From NCBI GenBank assembly GCA_002788805.1, contig PFRZ01000009.1, positions 1,464 to 65,463 on the forward strand: 64,000 nucleotides of DNA, written 5' to 3'. A model generated the notes under the pieces. It saw nothing but the letters and a program-made list of their open reading frames with translations. It made no database searches and was not told the DNA's origin. Shown here piece after piece: positions 27,775 to 37,774 of the stretch. The position numbers were made by a program, and so were the translations under genes. The DNA comes from Candidatus Roizmanbacteria bacterium CG_4_9_14_0_2_um_filter_35_15. Lineage in GTDB: Bacteria > Patescibacteriota > Microgenomatia > UBA1406 > GWC2-37-13. Position 1 is the first letter of the stretch. Every line of letters begins with the position of its first letter.

Positions 27775-28869
27775 ATGAAAAAAATCGGCATTGATGCAAG
27801 GCTTTATTCACAAACAGGAGTAGGGACATATCTTCAAAATCTGTTATTTTTTCTTGATAAAAAAAATCCTAAAGATAAGATTTATTATATTTATCTTCGA
27901 GAAAAAGATGCTTCTAATCTTAGATTTAAGAGCAAAAATCTTATTAAAAGAATAGCTGATTACCAATGGCATAGTTTTTCGGAACAGATAAGCTTTTATC
28001 GTTTGCTGATTAAAGATAATCTAGATCTGATGCACTTCACTTATTTTAGCTATCCGGTTTTATATCGAAGAAAATTTATTATTACTATTCATGATCTAAC
28101 ACCTTTGCTTTTTAAAACCGGCAAAGCATCAACAAAAAATCCATTAATCTACAAATTGAAATATTTATTCTTTAAAAAAGTGTTGTCGTCACAGATAAAA
28201 AATTCTTCAGCCATTATTACTCCTTCAAAAAGTATTAAGAAACAGATAGTTAAATATTATGGAGGAAAATATCAAAAAAAAATCTTCCCGATTTATGAGG
28301 GAGTTAATCACCAGTTATTTAGAGCAAAAGAAAATCAAGAGTTAAAAAAGAAATTTAGCAAACTTTTTTTCATCTATGTAGGTAATTTTTATCCGCATAA
28401 AAATGTCGAAAGATTAATTAAATCGTTCTCCAAGATCGGAGAAGATATTCAGTTAATCCTTCTTGGTCCAAATGACTATTTTCAATCAAAGATTGTACAG
28501 TTGATTAATCAACTGTACATGAAAGACAAAGTTGTCTTCTATAATAATCCTACTTACGCTGATTTAATCTTTTTTTATAGAAATACGCAAGCATTAATTC
28601 ATCCGTCAATGTCAGAAGGGTTTGGTCTGCCTTTGATTGAGGCGGCTTATTTCAACTGTTCGGTTATTGCCTCTGATATTCCTGTTTTCAAAGAAATTTT
28701 AGGCAATAGCTATTTGTCATTTGATCCTTATTCAGTTGATGACATAACAAAAAAGATAGAGTATTTTCTTGAGAAAAAACCAAAATACGATTATAAAGAC
28801 ATTGTTAATAAATACTCTTTCGAGAAAATGGCTAAAGAAACTTTAAAAATTTATGACAAGTTTTTATGA
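27775..28869 (+). CDS. GT4 glycosyltransferase
   Basis: IGIDAR, TIHDL, PHKN, EGFGLPLIEA. Confidence 0.9.
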   Translation: MKKIGIDARLYSQTGVGTYLQNLLFFLDKKNPKDKIYYIYLREKDASNLRFKSKNLIKRIADYQWHSFSEQISFYRLLIKDNLDLMHFTYFSYPVLYRRKFIITIHDLTPLLFKTGKASTKNPLIYKLKYLFFKKVLSSQIKNSSAIITPSKSIKKQIVKYYGGKYQKKIFPIYEGVNHQLFRAKENQELKKKFSKLFFIYVGNFYPHKNVERLIKSFSKIGEDIQLILLGPNDYFQSKIVQLINQLYMKDKVVFYNNPTYADLIFFYRNTQALIHPSMSEGFGLPLIEAAYFNCSVIASDIPVFKEILGNSYLSFDPYSVDDITKKIEYFLEKKPKYDYKDIVNKYSFEKMAKETLKIYDKFL

Positions 28870-29024
28870 GTAACGATCAAAAACAACTATTAAAATATTT
28901 AGCCCTCGGTGGATTATTAGTATTTATATTTCTTCTTGTTAATTTACAATTCTTAATGGCGATTATCGTTTTAATCGTCGTCCTCGTCTCTTGGATTTTA
29001 TCTAGAAAAGGTGAACAAGTATAA
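28866..29024 (+). CDS. Small hydrophobic membrane protein, 52 aa (absent from the ORF track)
   Basis: ATGA overlap with the upstream GT4; MSNDQKQLLKYLALGGLLVFIFLLVNLQFLMAIIVLIVVLVSWILSRKGEQV fills the intergenic gap. Confidence 0.6.
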   Translation: MSNDQKQLLKYLALGGLLVFIFLLVNLQFLMAIIVLIVVLVSWILSRKGEQV

Positions 29025-29032
29025 TAGTTATC

Positions 29033-30193
29033 ATGTTTAAAAAGAAAAAGATTGCCATTGTTTATGACTGGATTGATAAATGGGGCGGGGTAGAGAGGGT
29101 ATTGTTGACTCTTCATGAGATGTTTCCAGAGGCGACTTTTTATACTTCCTATTTTGATTCTGAGAAAGCATCATGGGCCAGAGATTTAAGAATAGAAACT
29201 TCATTTATTCAACGTCTTCCCAAGATAATAAGAGGACGAAGAATTGTCTCCCTCCCTCTTTATCCATATGCTTTTGAGTCTTTTAATTTTAATAAATTTG
29301 ATTTGGTGATTTCGGTTACCTCATCATTTGCGAAGTCAATAATTACTCAACCGAGAACCAAACATATCTGTTATCTTCTAACGCCGACAAGATATCTTTG
29401 GAGTCATCAAAAGGACTACTTTAAAAAGAATATTGTCAATAGTTATTATTTGGAAAAATTAAAGGATTGGGATTTTATTACCGCTCAAAGGCCGGATAAG
29501 ATAATTTCGATTTCGGAAACAGTTAAAAATCGTTGTAATAAATACTATCATCGAAAAAGTGAAGTCATTTATCCGCCGTTTGATATTGAATACTGGAAGA
29601 AAATCTCAAATCTCAAATCTCAAATGTCAAATCTAAATCTTAAATCTAAAAACTATTTTTTGATAGTTTCAAGACTAGAGCCATATAAGAAAATAGATTT
29701 AGCAGTTAAAGTTTTTAATAGGTTAAAAGATAATCTAATTATTGTGGGAGAAGGAAGCGAAGAAAATAATTTAAGAAGAATTTCAGGAAAAAATATTATC
29801 TTTCTTTCAAAATTAACCGATCAGGATTTGGCGTTGTTATATTCGAACGCTGAAGCCCTAATCATGCCTCAAGAAGAAGATTTTGGATTAGTGTCACTTG
29901 AGGCGCAGTTTTTCGGCTGTCCGATGATTTCTTACAAAAAGGGAGGAGCGTTAGAAACTGTAACAGAGGGAAAGACGGGAATTTTTTTTAAGGAGCAATC
30001 AGAAATATCATTGGGGCGGGCGGTTGAAAAATTTAACAGGATTAAGTACAATTTGAAGATAAGTACGGTAAAATTTGGGTTAAAGAATTTAGAGAGATTT
30101 GATAGAGTATTTTTTGAAAAAAAGTTTATTAGTAGTATTGAAAATGTCAAATCACAAATGACAAATAACAAATCAATTTCAAATATCAAATGA
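29033..30193 (+). CDS. GT4 glycosyltransferase
   Basis: GGVERV, SRLEPYKKID, EDFGLVSLEA; carries internal and terminal heptamer repeats. Confidence 0.9.
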   Translation: MFKKKKIAIVYDWIDKWGGVERVLLTLHEMFPEATFYTSYFDSEKASWARDLRIETSFIQRLPKIIRGRRIVSLPLYPYAFESFNFNKFDLVISVTSSFAKSIITQPRTKHICYLLTPTRYLWSHQKDYFKKNIVNSYYLEKLKDWDFITAQRPDKIISISETVKNRCNKYYHRKSEVIYPPFDIEYWKKISNLKSQMSNLNLKSKNYFLIVSRLEPYKKIDLAVKVFNRLKDNLIIVGEGSEENNLRRISGKNIIFLSKLTDQDLALLYSNAEALIMPQEEDFGLVSLEAQFFGCPMISYKKGGALETVTEGKTGIFFKEQSEISLGRAVEKFNRIKYNLKISTVKFGLKNLERFDRVFFEKKFISSIENVKSQMTNNKSISNIK

Positions 30194-30264
30194 ATAAATG
30201 TTTTAAACATTTGATGTTTATCATTTGTTATTGATTTGAAATTTGAGCTTTGTCATTTGAAATT
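30141..30264. repeat. Family B heptamer-periodic inverted element
   Basis: aaatgtcaaatcacaaatgacaaataacaaatcaa..ttttaaacatttga..atttgttattgatttgaaatttga..tttgtcatttgaa. Confidence 0.85.
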
Positions 30265-30269
30265 ATTCT

Positions 30270-31355
30270 ATGAAAGCCATAATTTTTGCCGGTGGAACAG
30301 GAACTAGACTTTGGCCTTTGTCCAGAAAAAAATCACCAAAACAATTTGAAAAACTAATCGGTAATAAATCTACATTGCAATTAGCAGTTGAGAGACTTTT
30401 ACCAGACATTAAACACCAAGATATTTATATCTCGTCAAACTATCTTTATAAAGATATTATTAGAGAGCAACTTCCTCAAATTCCTAAAGAAAATTTGATC
30501 CTTGAACCAGAAAAAAAAGATGTTGCTCCGGCAATTGCTTTATCACTAGGAATTATAGGCAAACAATATCCAAATGAACCAATTGCTATCCTTTGGAGCG
30601 ATCATCTAGTTAAAGAAGTTAGCGTTTTTAGAAAAATATTAAAAGTAGCCTCCGAGGAGATTAAAAAAAATCCAAACAAAATTATTTTTATCAGCCATAA
30701 ACCAAGATTTCCTAGTGTTAATTTAGGCTATATTCACTTCGGTAAGAAATTAAGAGTAATTAACGGTGTTTCTTTTTATGAATTCAAAAATATTAAATAT
30801 CGTCCCGATGAAAAAACCGCTAAAAATTTCTTTAATTCCGAAGAATATGCTTGGAATTTAGGCTACTTTGTTACTACACCAAATTTTATCAGACAAACTT
30901 TTAAAAAATCAGCTCGCGAGATATACGATAATACCGAAAACATTTTATCTCATTATGGCAAGAAAAGTTTTTACGGAGTTTTAAAAGCAAATTATGGGAA
31001 AGTTAAAAGTATTAGTTTTGATAATGCTATTTTGGAAAAATTAGCAAAACAAAAAGCAATAATTGTAGTTGAAGACATTGGTTGGAGTGATGTTGGTAGT
31101 TGGGAAGCTTTAAAAGAAGCCTTAGAATCTCATAGTTATGAAAATGTTATTCGGGGAAAAGTTTATTTAGAGCATGTTAGAGATAGTTTAGTTTATAACT
31201 ATGAAGATGGTAAGTTGATAGTCGGAGTTGATCTTGACGAGAATATCATTATTAACACCTCCGATGTTATTCTCATTGCTAAAAAAAGCTCGATGCCAAA
31301 AGTAAAGAACCTAGTTGAAAGTTTTAGTGGGACTAAACACGAAAGACATACATGA
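30270..31355 (+). CDS. manC: Mannose-1-phosphate guanylyltransferase
   Basis: FAGGTGTRLWPLSR..PKQF, LEP, SDH, SFDNAILE, GWSDVGSW. Confidence 0.88.
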   Translation: MKAIIFAGGTGTRLWPLSRKKSPKQFEKLIGNKSTLQLAVERLLPDIKHQDIYISSNYLYKDIIREQLPQIPKENLILEPEKKDVAPAIALSLGIIGKQYPNEPIAILWSDHLVKEVSVFRKILKVASEEIKKNPNKIIFISHKPRFPSVNLGYIHFGKKLRVINGVSFYEFKNIKYRPDEKTAKNFFNSEEYAWNLGYFVTTPNFIRQTFKKSAREIYDNTENILSHYGKKSFYGVLKANYGKVKSISFDNAILEKLAKQKAIIVVEDIGWSDVGSWEALKEALESHSYENVIRGKVYLEHVRDSLVYNYEDGKLIVGVDLDENIIINTSDVILIAKKSSMPKVKNLVESFSGTKHERHT

Positions 31356-32002
31356 AAGGAAAGAATTATCAAAATGGTTTGAAAAGAATTATTGACATTT
31401 TTAGCAGCTTAATTCTTCTTATTATTTTTAGCCTCATATCATTACTGACTGCCTTAGTCATCAAGATAGATTCTCCAGGACCAATATTCGCTGATGTTCC
31501 AGAAAGAATTGGTGAAAAAGGAAAAAAATTCAAAATGTACAAGTTTCGCTCGATGATTATTAACGCCCACTATCTTCTAAGAACTGACCCGAGGTTTAAG
31601 AAGCTTTTTAATGAATATAAAAGAAGCAGTTATAAATTGAAAAAAGACCCAAGAATTACCTGCGTTGGAAAATTTATTCGCCGTCATTCTATAGATGAGA
31701 TTCCTCAATTTATTAATGTTTTCAAGGGAGAAATGAGTCTTGTTGGTCCAAGAGCTTATTATCCTGATGAGTTAGATAATCAGTTAAAAGAATATTCTCA
31801 CACAAAAAAATTAGTGACGAAAGTGCTTTCGGTCAAGCCCGGTATCACTGGACTTTGGCAGGTTTCTGGTCGGTCGGAGGTGAACTTTGACAAAAGGATT
31901 GCAATTGATGCCGATTATATAGATAATATATCTTTATGGAATGATTTAAAAATTATTTTTAAGACGCCGTTAGTGATGATCAGTGGGAAAGGAGCCAGTT
32001 AA
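31352..32002 (+). CDS. Priming sugar transferase (polyprenyl-phosphate glycosyl-1-phosphate transferase)
   Basis: KRIIDI, YKFRSM, DPRIT, DEIPQFINV.KGEMSLVGPR, KPGITGLWQV. Confidence 0.93.
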   Translation: MKGKNYQNGLKRIIDIFSSLILLIIFSLISLLTALVIKIDSPGPIFADVPERIGEKGKKFKMYKFRSMIINAHYLLRTDPRFKKLFNEYKRSSYKLKKDPRITCVGKFIRRHSIDEIPQFINVFKGEMSLVGPRAYYPDELDNQLKEYSHTKKLVTKVLSVKPGITGLWQVSGRSEVNFDKRIAIDADYIDNISLWNDLKIIFKTPLVMISGKGAS

Positions 32003-32003
32003 A

Positions 32004-33815
32004 ATGAACAAAAAACAATCAAATTTAATCTTATTAGGTGTATCATTAGCAGCCTTAATTTATTTTTTTATTATTAGTCCGATTGTTAATATAAAATCAA
32101 AAGCTAATGTGCTATTGGCGTCGGCTAAGGAGTTAAAACAGGTTTTTGCCAAAAATGATATTAGTCTTTTGAAGACAAAACTAGGAGACTTTTCTAAGCA
32201 ATACGCAGATTTTGAAAAATCCGCTAAATCGATCTACTGGGCTTCTTTTATTCCTTATGTTTCTGATTTTAAAAACGGAGTTGAAGCGGGTAGCTATATG
32301 GTTAAAGCAGGAGTGGATACAGTGAATGCTATAGAGCCATATGCAGATCTAATCGGTTTTAAAAAAGGGGAATCTTCTTTTGTTGAAAAATCAGCCGAAG
32401 ATAGATTGCAGATGGCTGTTTTGACATTAGATAAATTAGTGCAAAAAATTGATCCAATTACAACAGATATTGATATGGCTAATTCAAAAATCGCCAAAAT
32501 AAACCCCAATCGTTACCCAAAAAAGCTGGGGAAGATGATAATCAGGGACAATATTATCAATATCAAAGAACAGTTTGAAGGAACGGCTTCTTTATTTGTC
32601 AATGCGAAGCCGCTCATTAAGAAATTACCAGAAATCTTAGGGTCAGATGAAGAAAAAACTTACCTGATTCTTTACCAAAACGACAAAGAAAGAAGGGCTA
32701 CCGGAGGTTTCCTGACTTTTTACGCGGTGTTCAAGATAAAAAACGACAAAATGACGATAGATCAATCTAATGACACTTATTCTTTAGATGAGACGATTGC
32801 CAACCATCCCAAAGCACCCCGGGAAATCCTTACTTATCACAAGGACGTTAGCGTATTTAACATTCGTGACAGCAACCTGTCACCTGACTTTGTTGAGTCG
32901 GTCAAACTGTTTGAAAGTCTTTACCAAAAAAGCGGTGCCAGAGTAAAATACGACGGCATCATCGCCATGGATTCAAAAATTTTAGTTGATATGTTGACGA
33001 TTTTTGGCGATACCCAGGTTGGCGGAGTTAATTTTTCCGCCAAAGAAGATAAAAGGTGTGACTGTCCAGAAGCGATTTATACCCTGTTTGACATCGTCGA
33101 TCGACCGGTGGGCTATTTTAAGGAAAACAGAAAAGGAATCTTAGGAGATTTAATGTATGCTCTTTTTTATAAAGCCATTGGCTATTCGCCTTCTAAATAT
33201 TGGGGGACATTAATGCAAACAATGTACAAAAATTTGGAAGAAAAACACATTCTTCTGTATTTTGTCGATCCAGAACTACAAAAATCAGTGGAGCAAATTA
33301 ACTTTGCTGGCAGGATAAATGATTATCAAGGCGACTACCTTCATATTAATTCTGTTAATTTCGCTGGAGCCAAGGCTAATCTATTTGTCTCTGAAGAAGT
33401 TAACTCGGTAACCAAAGGAAAAAGTCGGGAAGTGACGGTTAATTTCCGAAATCCATATCCTCACTCTGATTGTAATCTAGAACGGGGAGGATTATGCCTC
33501 AATGCCACTTTGCGAAACTGGATTAGAATTTATGTTCCCAGAGATTCAACCTTAGAAAGTTTTCAAGGTTCGCAGAAGAAGGTCCAGACTTATGACAAAT
33601 TGGGTAAAACCATTTTTGAAGGCTACCTTGAAGTACCTACTCAAGGCAAAGCAACGGTTATTGTTAAGTATACTTTACCTTCAGGGCTATCTACCGACTC
33701 AATGATGATTCAAAAACAACCAGGAGTCGAAAACCAAAAATGGTTGATTGAGGTAAATGGAAAAAAATTTTTTGATGGCATTTTGGAAACGGATAAAGAG
33801 ATAAAGGTAAAATAA
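32004..33815 (+). CDS. DUF4012-like membrane-anchored protein
   Basis: N-terminal TM; YLILYQNDKERRATGGF, RDSNLSPDF, QKQPG resemble DUF4012. Confidence 0.75.
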   Translation: MNKKQSNLILLGVSLAALIYFFIISPIVNIKSKANVLLASAKELKQVFAKNDISLLKTKLGDFSKQYADFEKSAKSIYWASFIPYVSDFKNGVEAGSYMVKAGVDTVNAIEPYADLIGFKKGESSFVEKSAEDRLQMAVLTLDKLVQKIDPITTDIDMANSKIAKINPNRYPKKLGKMIIRDNIINIKEQFEGTASLFVNAKPLIKKLPEILGSDEEKTYLILYQNDKERRATGGFLTFYAVFKIKNDKMTIDQSNDTYSLDETIANHPKAPREILTYHKDVSVFNIRDSNLSPDFVESVKLFESLYQKSGARVKYDGIIAMDSKILVDMLTIFGDTQVGGVNFSAKEDKRCDCPEAIYTLFDIVDRPVGYFKENRKGILGDLMYALFYKAIGYSPSKYWGTLMQTMYKNLEEKHILLYFVDPELQKSVEQINFAGRINDYQGDYLHINSVNFAGAKANLFVSEEVNSVTKGKSREVTVNFRNPYPHSDCNLERGGLCLNATLRNWIRIYVPRDSTLESFQGSQKKVQTYDKLGKTIFEGYLEVPTQGKATVIVKYTLPSGLSTDSMMIQKQPGVENQKWLIEVNGKKFFDGILETDKEIKVK

Positions 33816-33836
33816 TTAAAATATTTTTGTTCCTTA

Positions 33837-35183
33837 TTGCTCAATATGATCGAAGGAGAAACTGTAAATATAGGTAATAGTAAACAGATGATATTAGCTA
33901 GAATGAGTTACCTTAGGTATGCACAGGTTAACGATCGTAGTAAATCTACACCAGTTATTAGTTTAACGACACAGTTTGAAGATTTAAGGCGAGAAATAAC
34001 CCCCTTAGTTAACAGGCCATTTCTAGGAATCAGTTATGATTCTACTATTCCAGAACCTGAATATTCTTCAGAATATCTCTCTTTGGTGCAAAATTTGTCC
34101 TATTTGTTTTCGAGAGAAGATGGACGACCCGCTTTAATTACTAATTTAAATCAAATAAGAAGTTCTTTACCTCCAGAAACACTATTATCTGTACTTTTAC
34201 CAGACGGAGGTATTAGAATAGTTAAAATCGCTGACATTAAACATGATTCACTGGTTTACTTAAATCGCGACGATGAGACTGTGAGACAATTGCTCGGCGA
34301 TAAAGTAAATGAATGCTTATTGCCAACAGATATTAGTGCTATTAAGTTACCTACATATATTAGGTTTGATAGAGAACAGCCATTAAGAGAAGGAGCCAAT
34401 AATTATATTGTTAAAGCCACAATAACTGAAGAAAACGAATTACACATCCCAGTTGGAACGAGCGTTGCACTAAAAATTCCTCGCCACACTGGAAATAGTC
34501 TACAAAATAAAATGAATCAGGACGAAGTAGATGTATTAAAACAATTAGAAGCAAATAGTGGTTATCAATGGCTACCAAAAGATCTCTCTCGTCCTGTTAA
34601 AGCTTATGGTTCAGTCAATTTACAAGACCTATATATTGGAATACTTGAATGGTTAGATGGAAAATCAGTGCTTGATTTAGTTCTGGAACAAGCAAAAAAA
34701 AGCTTTAATATTAAAAAAACTTTAAATTTAGCAATTAGAGTTTTAGGTTCTTATAAACCTCTTATTTTTACTAGATACCATGGTGATCTAACAGATTCAA
34801 CAAATTCATTAGGGATAAATTGGGGAAATGTTTTAGCGATTCCCATTGGTGATAGTTATGGAATCAGATTAGTTGATTTTTCAAACTCAGATAATGTTAC
34901 GGAAAATATTAGGACCCGAGAACATGTAGAAGAAGATATTATTAGCTTAGCCACAATAGCCCATTCATTGATTAGAGCAGAGGGAACAGATATTAATATA
35001 GCCCCAGCTTTAGTAGATTTTTTAAGAATGAAAATGATAGACGATAAAGAACCAATCATGGAATTAGCTTCTAGAATTGACAAGGTTGTTGGGCAAAATG
35101 CGCCTTTTCCAGAGAGGTATCAAAACGCTATAGGGCTTGTACATCTTGCTAACGGATACTTACAAAGAGAGGATATTAATTGA
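33837..35183 (+). CDS. Divergent Ser/Thr protein-kinase-like protein
   Basis: VALK, helix-C E (DEVDVL), ILEWLDG hinge, YHGDL..GNVL, LVDFS. Confidence 0.6.
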   Translation: MLNMIEGETVNIGNSKQMILARMSYLRYAQVNDRSKSTPVISLTTQFEDLRREITPLVNRPFLGISYDSTIPEPEYSSEYLSLVQNLSYLFSREDGRPALITNLNQIRSSLPPETLLSVLLPDGGIRIVKIADIKHDSLVYLNRDDETVRQLLGDKVNECLLPTDISAIKLPTYIRFDREQPLREGANNYIVKATITEENELHIPVGTSVALKIPRHTGNSLQNKMNQDEVDVLKQLEANSGYQWLPKDLSRPVKAYGSVNLQDLYIGILEWLDGKSVLDLVLEQAKKSFNIKKTLNLAIRVLGSYKPLIFTRYHGDLTDSTNSLGINWGNVLAIPIGDSYGIRLVDFSNSDNVTENIRTREHVEEDIISLATIAHSLIRAEGTDINIAPALVDFLRMKMIDDKEPIMELASRIDKVVGQNAPFPERYQNAIGLVHLANGYLQREDIN

Positions 35184-35241
35184 GTCTTTTTTTGTCAGTT
35201 TGAGCATAGCGAAGAACTTCATGATAGCGTAAAATATATAA

Positions 35242-35766
35242 ATGCCAAGAACATTTAAAACAGAAGCCTTAGTTTTAAGAAAGAAAAACCTTTTAAACAG
35301 AGACGTTTTGGTCAGCCTGTTTTCGGAAAGGAACGGAAAAGTCATCGTTATTGCCAAAGGAGTGAAAAAGTTGACCAGCCGTCGTTCACCTCATCTTCAA
35401 ACTGGCAACTTAATCAATGTTCAACTGCATAAAAAAAACGACCGGATTTATCTAGAAGAGAGTAATCTTATCTCTGGGTTTACCGAACTAAAAAAAGACC
35501 AAGAAAAGATTAATATTCTCTATCAATTCTTTTTTGTTTTGGAGAAGTTACTGCCAGAGCTCCAGAAAGAAGAAGCGGTCTACAATCTGACCAAGTCGTT
35601 TTTGGTCAAGCTGTCAAAATTAGAAGACAAAAAAAGCATTCTGACAGTTTATTTTAACAAACTTCTGAGGCTTTTAGGTTATACGAAAAAAGATCACGAC
35701 TTTATTGAGCTTCGATTAATTATCTCCGAATTAATTAATGAAAAATTACCCTGGTTTAGTATATAA
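35242..35766 (+). CDS. recO: DNA repair protein RecO (short form)
   Basis: TEALVLR..D.LVSLFS..GKV..IAKGVKK..SRR. Confidence 0.85.
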   Translation: MPRTFKTEALVLRKKNLLNRDVLVSLFSERNGKVIVIAKGVKKLTSRRSPHLQTGNLINVQLHKKNDRIYLEESNLISGFTELKKDQEKINILYQFFFVLEKLLPELQKEEAVYNLTKSFLVKLSKLEDKKSILTVYFNKLLRLLGYTKKDHDFIELRLIISELINEKLPWFSI

Positions 35767-35773
35767 TGAACTA

Positions 35774-35886
35774 TGAGTCCTCGGACGCGTCTTTTCGCTT
35801 ATGCATCAAGCTAGTAGGCTTTGTCTCAGATTATATAGTTGGCAGCAACGCGTGACATAAGCTTAAATCCGCATCCTTCGGACTCA
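35774..35886 (+). ncRNA. Candidate structured RNA (long closed hairpin) upstream of glyS
   Basis: Nested pairs tgagtcc/ggactca, ggacgcg/cgcatcc, gcttatg/cataagc; starts 6 nt after TATAAT (35762-35767). Confidence 0.45.
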
Positions 35887-35893
35887 ATCATAT

Positions 35894-37240
35894 ATGGAAA
35901 AAATAGTTGCTTTAGCTAAAAGACGAGGTTTTATCTATCAAGGAAGTGAAATATATGAAGGAATTACTGGTTTCTGGGATTATGGTCCTTTAGGAGTCGA
36001 ATTCAAGAACAATTTAAAGCGGGAATGGTGGAAGTATATGGTTTATGATAGAGAAAATATCGTTGGTATTGATGCAGCAATAATTATGAATCCTAAGGTT
36101 TGGGAAGCGTCAGGTCATTTGAAGGCCTTTACAGATCCGTTAGTTGAATGTAAGAAGTGTAATAAACGTTTCAGAAAAGATAAATTTGATGAGTATTGGG
36201 AAGATTTTTACAAGAAGGTAGGAAGAGGTGGGGTGAAAGCATTAAGTAAACAATATGAAGATATTTATTATTGTATTGATAGAAAAAATCCTCATAAAGA
36301 AGAAGATTTAACTCAGGAAAAAAAGTTTAATTTAATGACAGAAGTATTCCTCGGCGTTACCGAACCAAAACAGAAGACTTATCTTCGTGGAGAGATAACG
36401 CAAGGTGTATTCGTAAATTTTAAAAACATTGTTGATTCTTCAAGGGTAAAAATCCCTTTTGGAATAGCACAAATTGGTAAAGCTTTTCGTAATGAAATCA
36501 CTCCTGGAAATTTTACTTATCGATCTCGTGAGTTTGAACAAATGGAACTTGAGTTTTTTATCAAGCCAAATGAAAAAGAAGGTGAAAAATGGTTCTCATT
36601 TTGGAAAGAAGAAAGAATGAAATGGTATAAATTATTAGGTATAAAGTCAGAGAATCTAAGATTTAGAAATCATGAACAAGACGAAAGAGCCCACTATGCC
36701 CGTTTTGCTACAGATATTGAGTATAAATCTCCTTTTGGTTGGAGTGAGTTTGAAGGAATACATCATCGAGGCGATTTCGATCTAACAAATCATAATTTAA
36801 AATATAAGGATCCCGAAATAGAAGAAGAATATACACCTTGGGTTATTGAAACCTCTGGAGGAGTCGATAGAGCAATGTTATTTTTCTTGGTTGATGCATA
36901 TCACGAGGAAGAAAAACGAATAGTTTTAAAACTTCATCCAAAATTAGCGCCAGTTAAAGTAGCGGTTTTTCCATTGGTTCGAAATAAGAAAGATATAGTT
37001 TCCAAAGCAAAATCAGTTTACAAAATGTTAAAAGCTCATTTTGTTACGGCCTTTGATGACAGAGGTAATATCGGAAAAAGATACCTGGCCCAGGACGAAA
37101 TCGGGACGCCTTTTTGTGTTACTATTGATTATGAGACGTTAGGCAAGCAAACGGTAACAATTAGAGATAGAGATACGATGAAGCAGGAGAGAGTGAACAT
37201 TGATAAATTAGAAGATTATATTAAGGAAAAATTGACCTAA
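35894..37240 (+). CDS. glyS: Glycine--tRNA ligase, alpha2 type
   Basis: DYGPLG, LRGEITQG, GKAFRNEITP, REFEQME, IETSGG.DR, DEIGTP. Confidence 0.96.
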   Translation: MEKIVALAKRRGFIYQGSEIYEGITGFWDYGPLGVEFKNNLKREWWKYMVYDRENIVGIDAAIIMNPKVWEASGHLKAFTDPLVECKKCNKRFRKDKFDEYWEDFYKKVGRGGVKALSKQYEDIYYCIDRKNPHKEEDLTQEKKFNLMTEVFLGVTEPKQKTYLRGEITQGVFVNFKNIVDSSRVKIPFGIAQIGKAFRNEITPGNFTYRSREFEQMELEFFIKPNEKEGEKWFSFWKEERMKWYKLLGIKSENLRFRNHEQDERAHYARFATDIEYKSPFGWSEFEGIHHRGDFDLTNHNLKYKDPEIEEEYTPWVIETSGGVDRAMLFFLVDAYHEEEKRIVLKLHPKLAPVKVAVFPLVRNKKDIVSKAKSVYKMLKAHFVTAFDDRGNIGKRYLAQDEIGTPFCVTIDYETLGKQTVTIRDRDTMKQERVNIDKLEDYIKEKLT

Positions 37241-37260
37241 TTAGAAATTCTAATCTAAAT

Positions 37261-37716
37261 ATGAAAATCAATAAGAATGTTCTGATTATTGGTGCGGTCT
37301 TGTTAGTTTTATTAGCTATTGGTTATTGGTTATTGGGAAGAAAAAATATTCCCAAAAATAATCAAGAAACAATTTCTCCAACCGAAATTGTCCTTCCAAC
37401 GATAGACAGTTCGGTCAAGGTCGATTTACAGTCGGTTTCTGGTGGTAAAGACGTGACATTATCGATCAACAATATTCCTTCTGGAACTGACTCGGTTGAC
37501 TATGAACTTTCTTATCAGACCGCTCAACAAGGTATCCAAGGAGTAATCGGGACAATTGACGTTTCCAATCAAAGCGATTACGAGAAAAAAATTACTTTAG
37601 GAACCTGTTCATCAGGTACCTGTGTCTATCATCAGGTAGTGGGAAAGATAAAATTGACTCTTAAATTTACTGGAGATTATGGAGAAAAGTTATTTGAGAA
37701 AGAATACGAACTATAA
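37261..37716 (+). CDS. Hypothetical membrane-anchored protein
   Basis: N-terminal TM, beta-rich domain with LGTCSSGTC. Confidence 0.7.
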   Translation: MKINKNVLIIGAVLLVLLAIGYWLLGRKNIPKNNQETISPTEIVLPTIDSSVKVDLQSVSGGKDVTLSINNIPSGTDSVDYELSYQTAQQGIQGVIGTIDVSNQSDYEKKITLGTCSSGTCVYHQVVGKIKLTLKFTGDYGEKLFEKEYEL

Positions 37717-37774
37717 ATTTTTGATATTTAATATTTAATCTTTAATATTTACAAAGGGGGTGCGTTAGCATACT

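Noticed and set aside
35774..35893. T-box or glycine riboswitch upstream of glyS
   Set aside because: Only a weak likeness (ggcagcaacgcg) to the T-box motif; no UGGA bulge, Stem I or terminator, and no glycine-aptamer core seen
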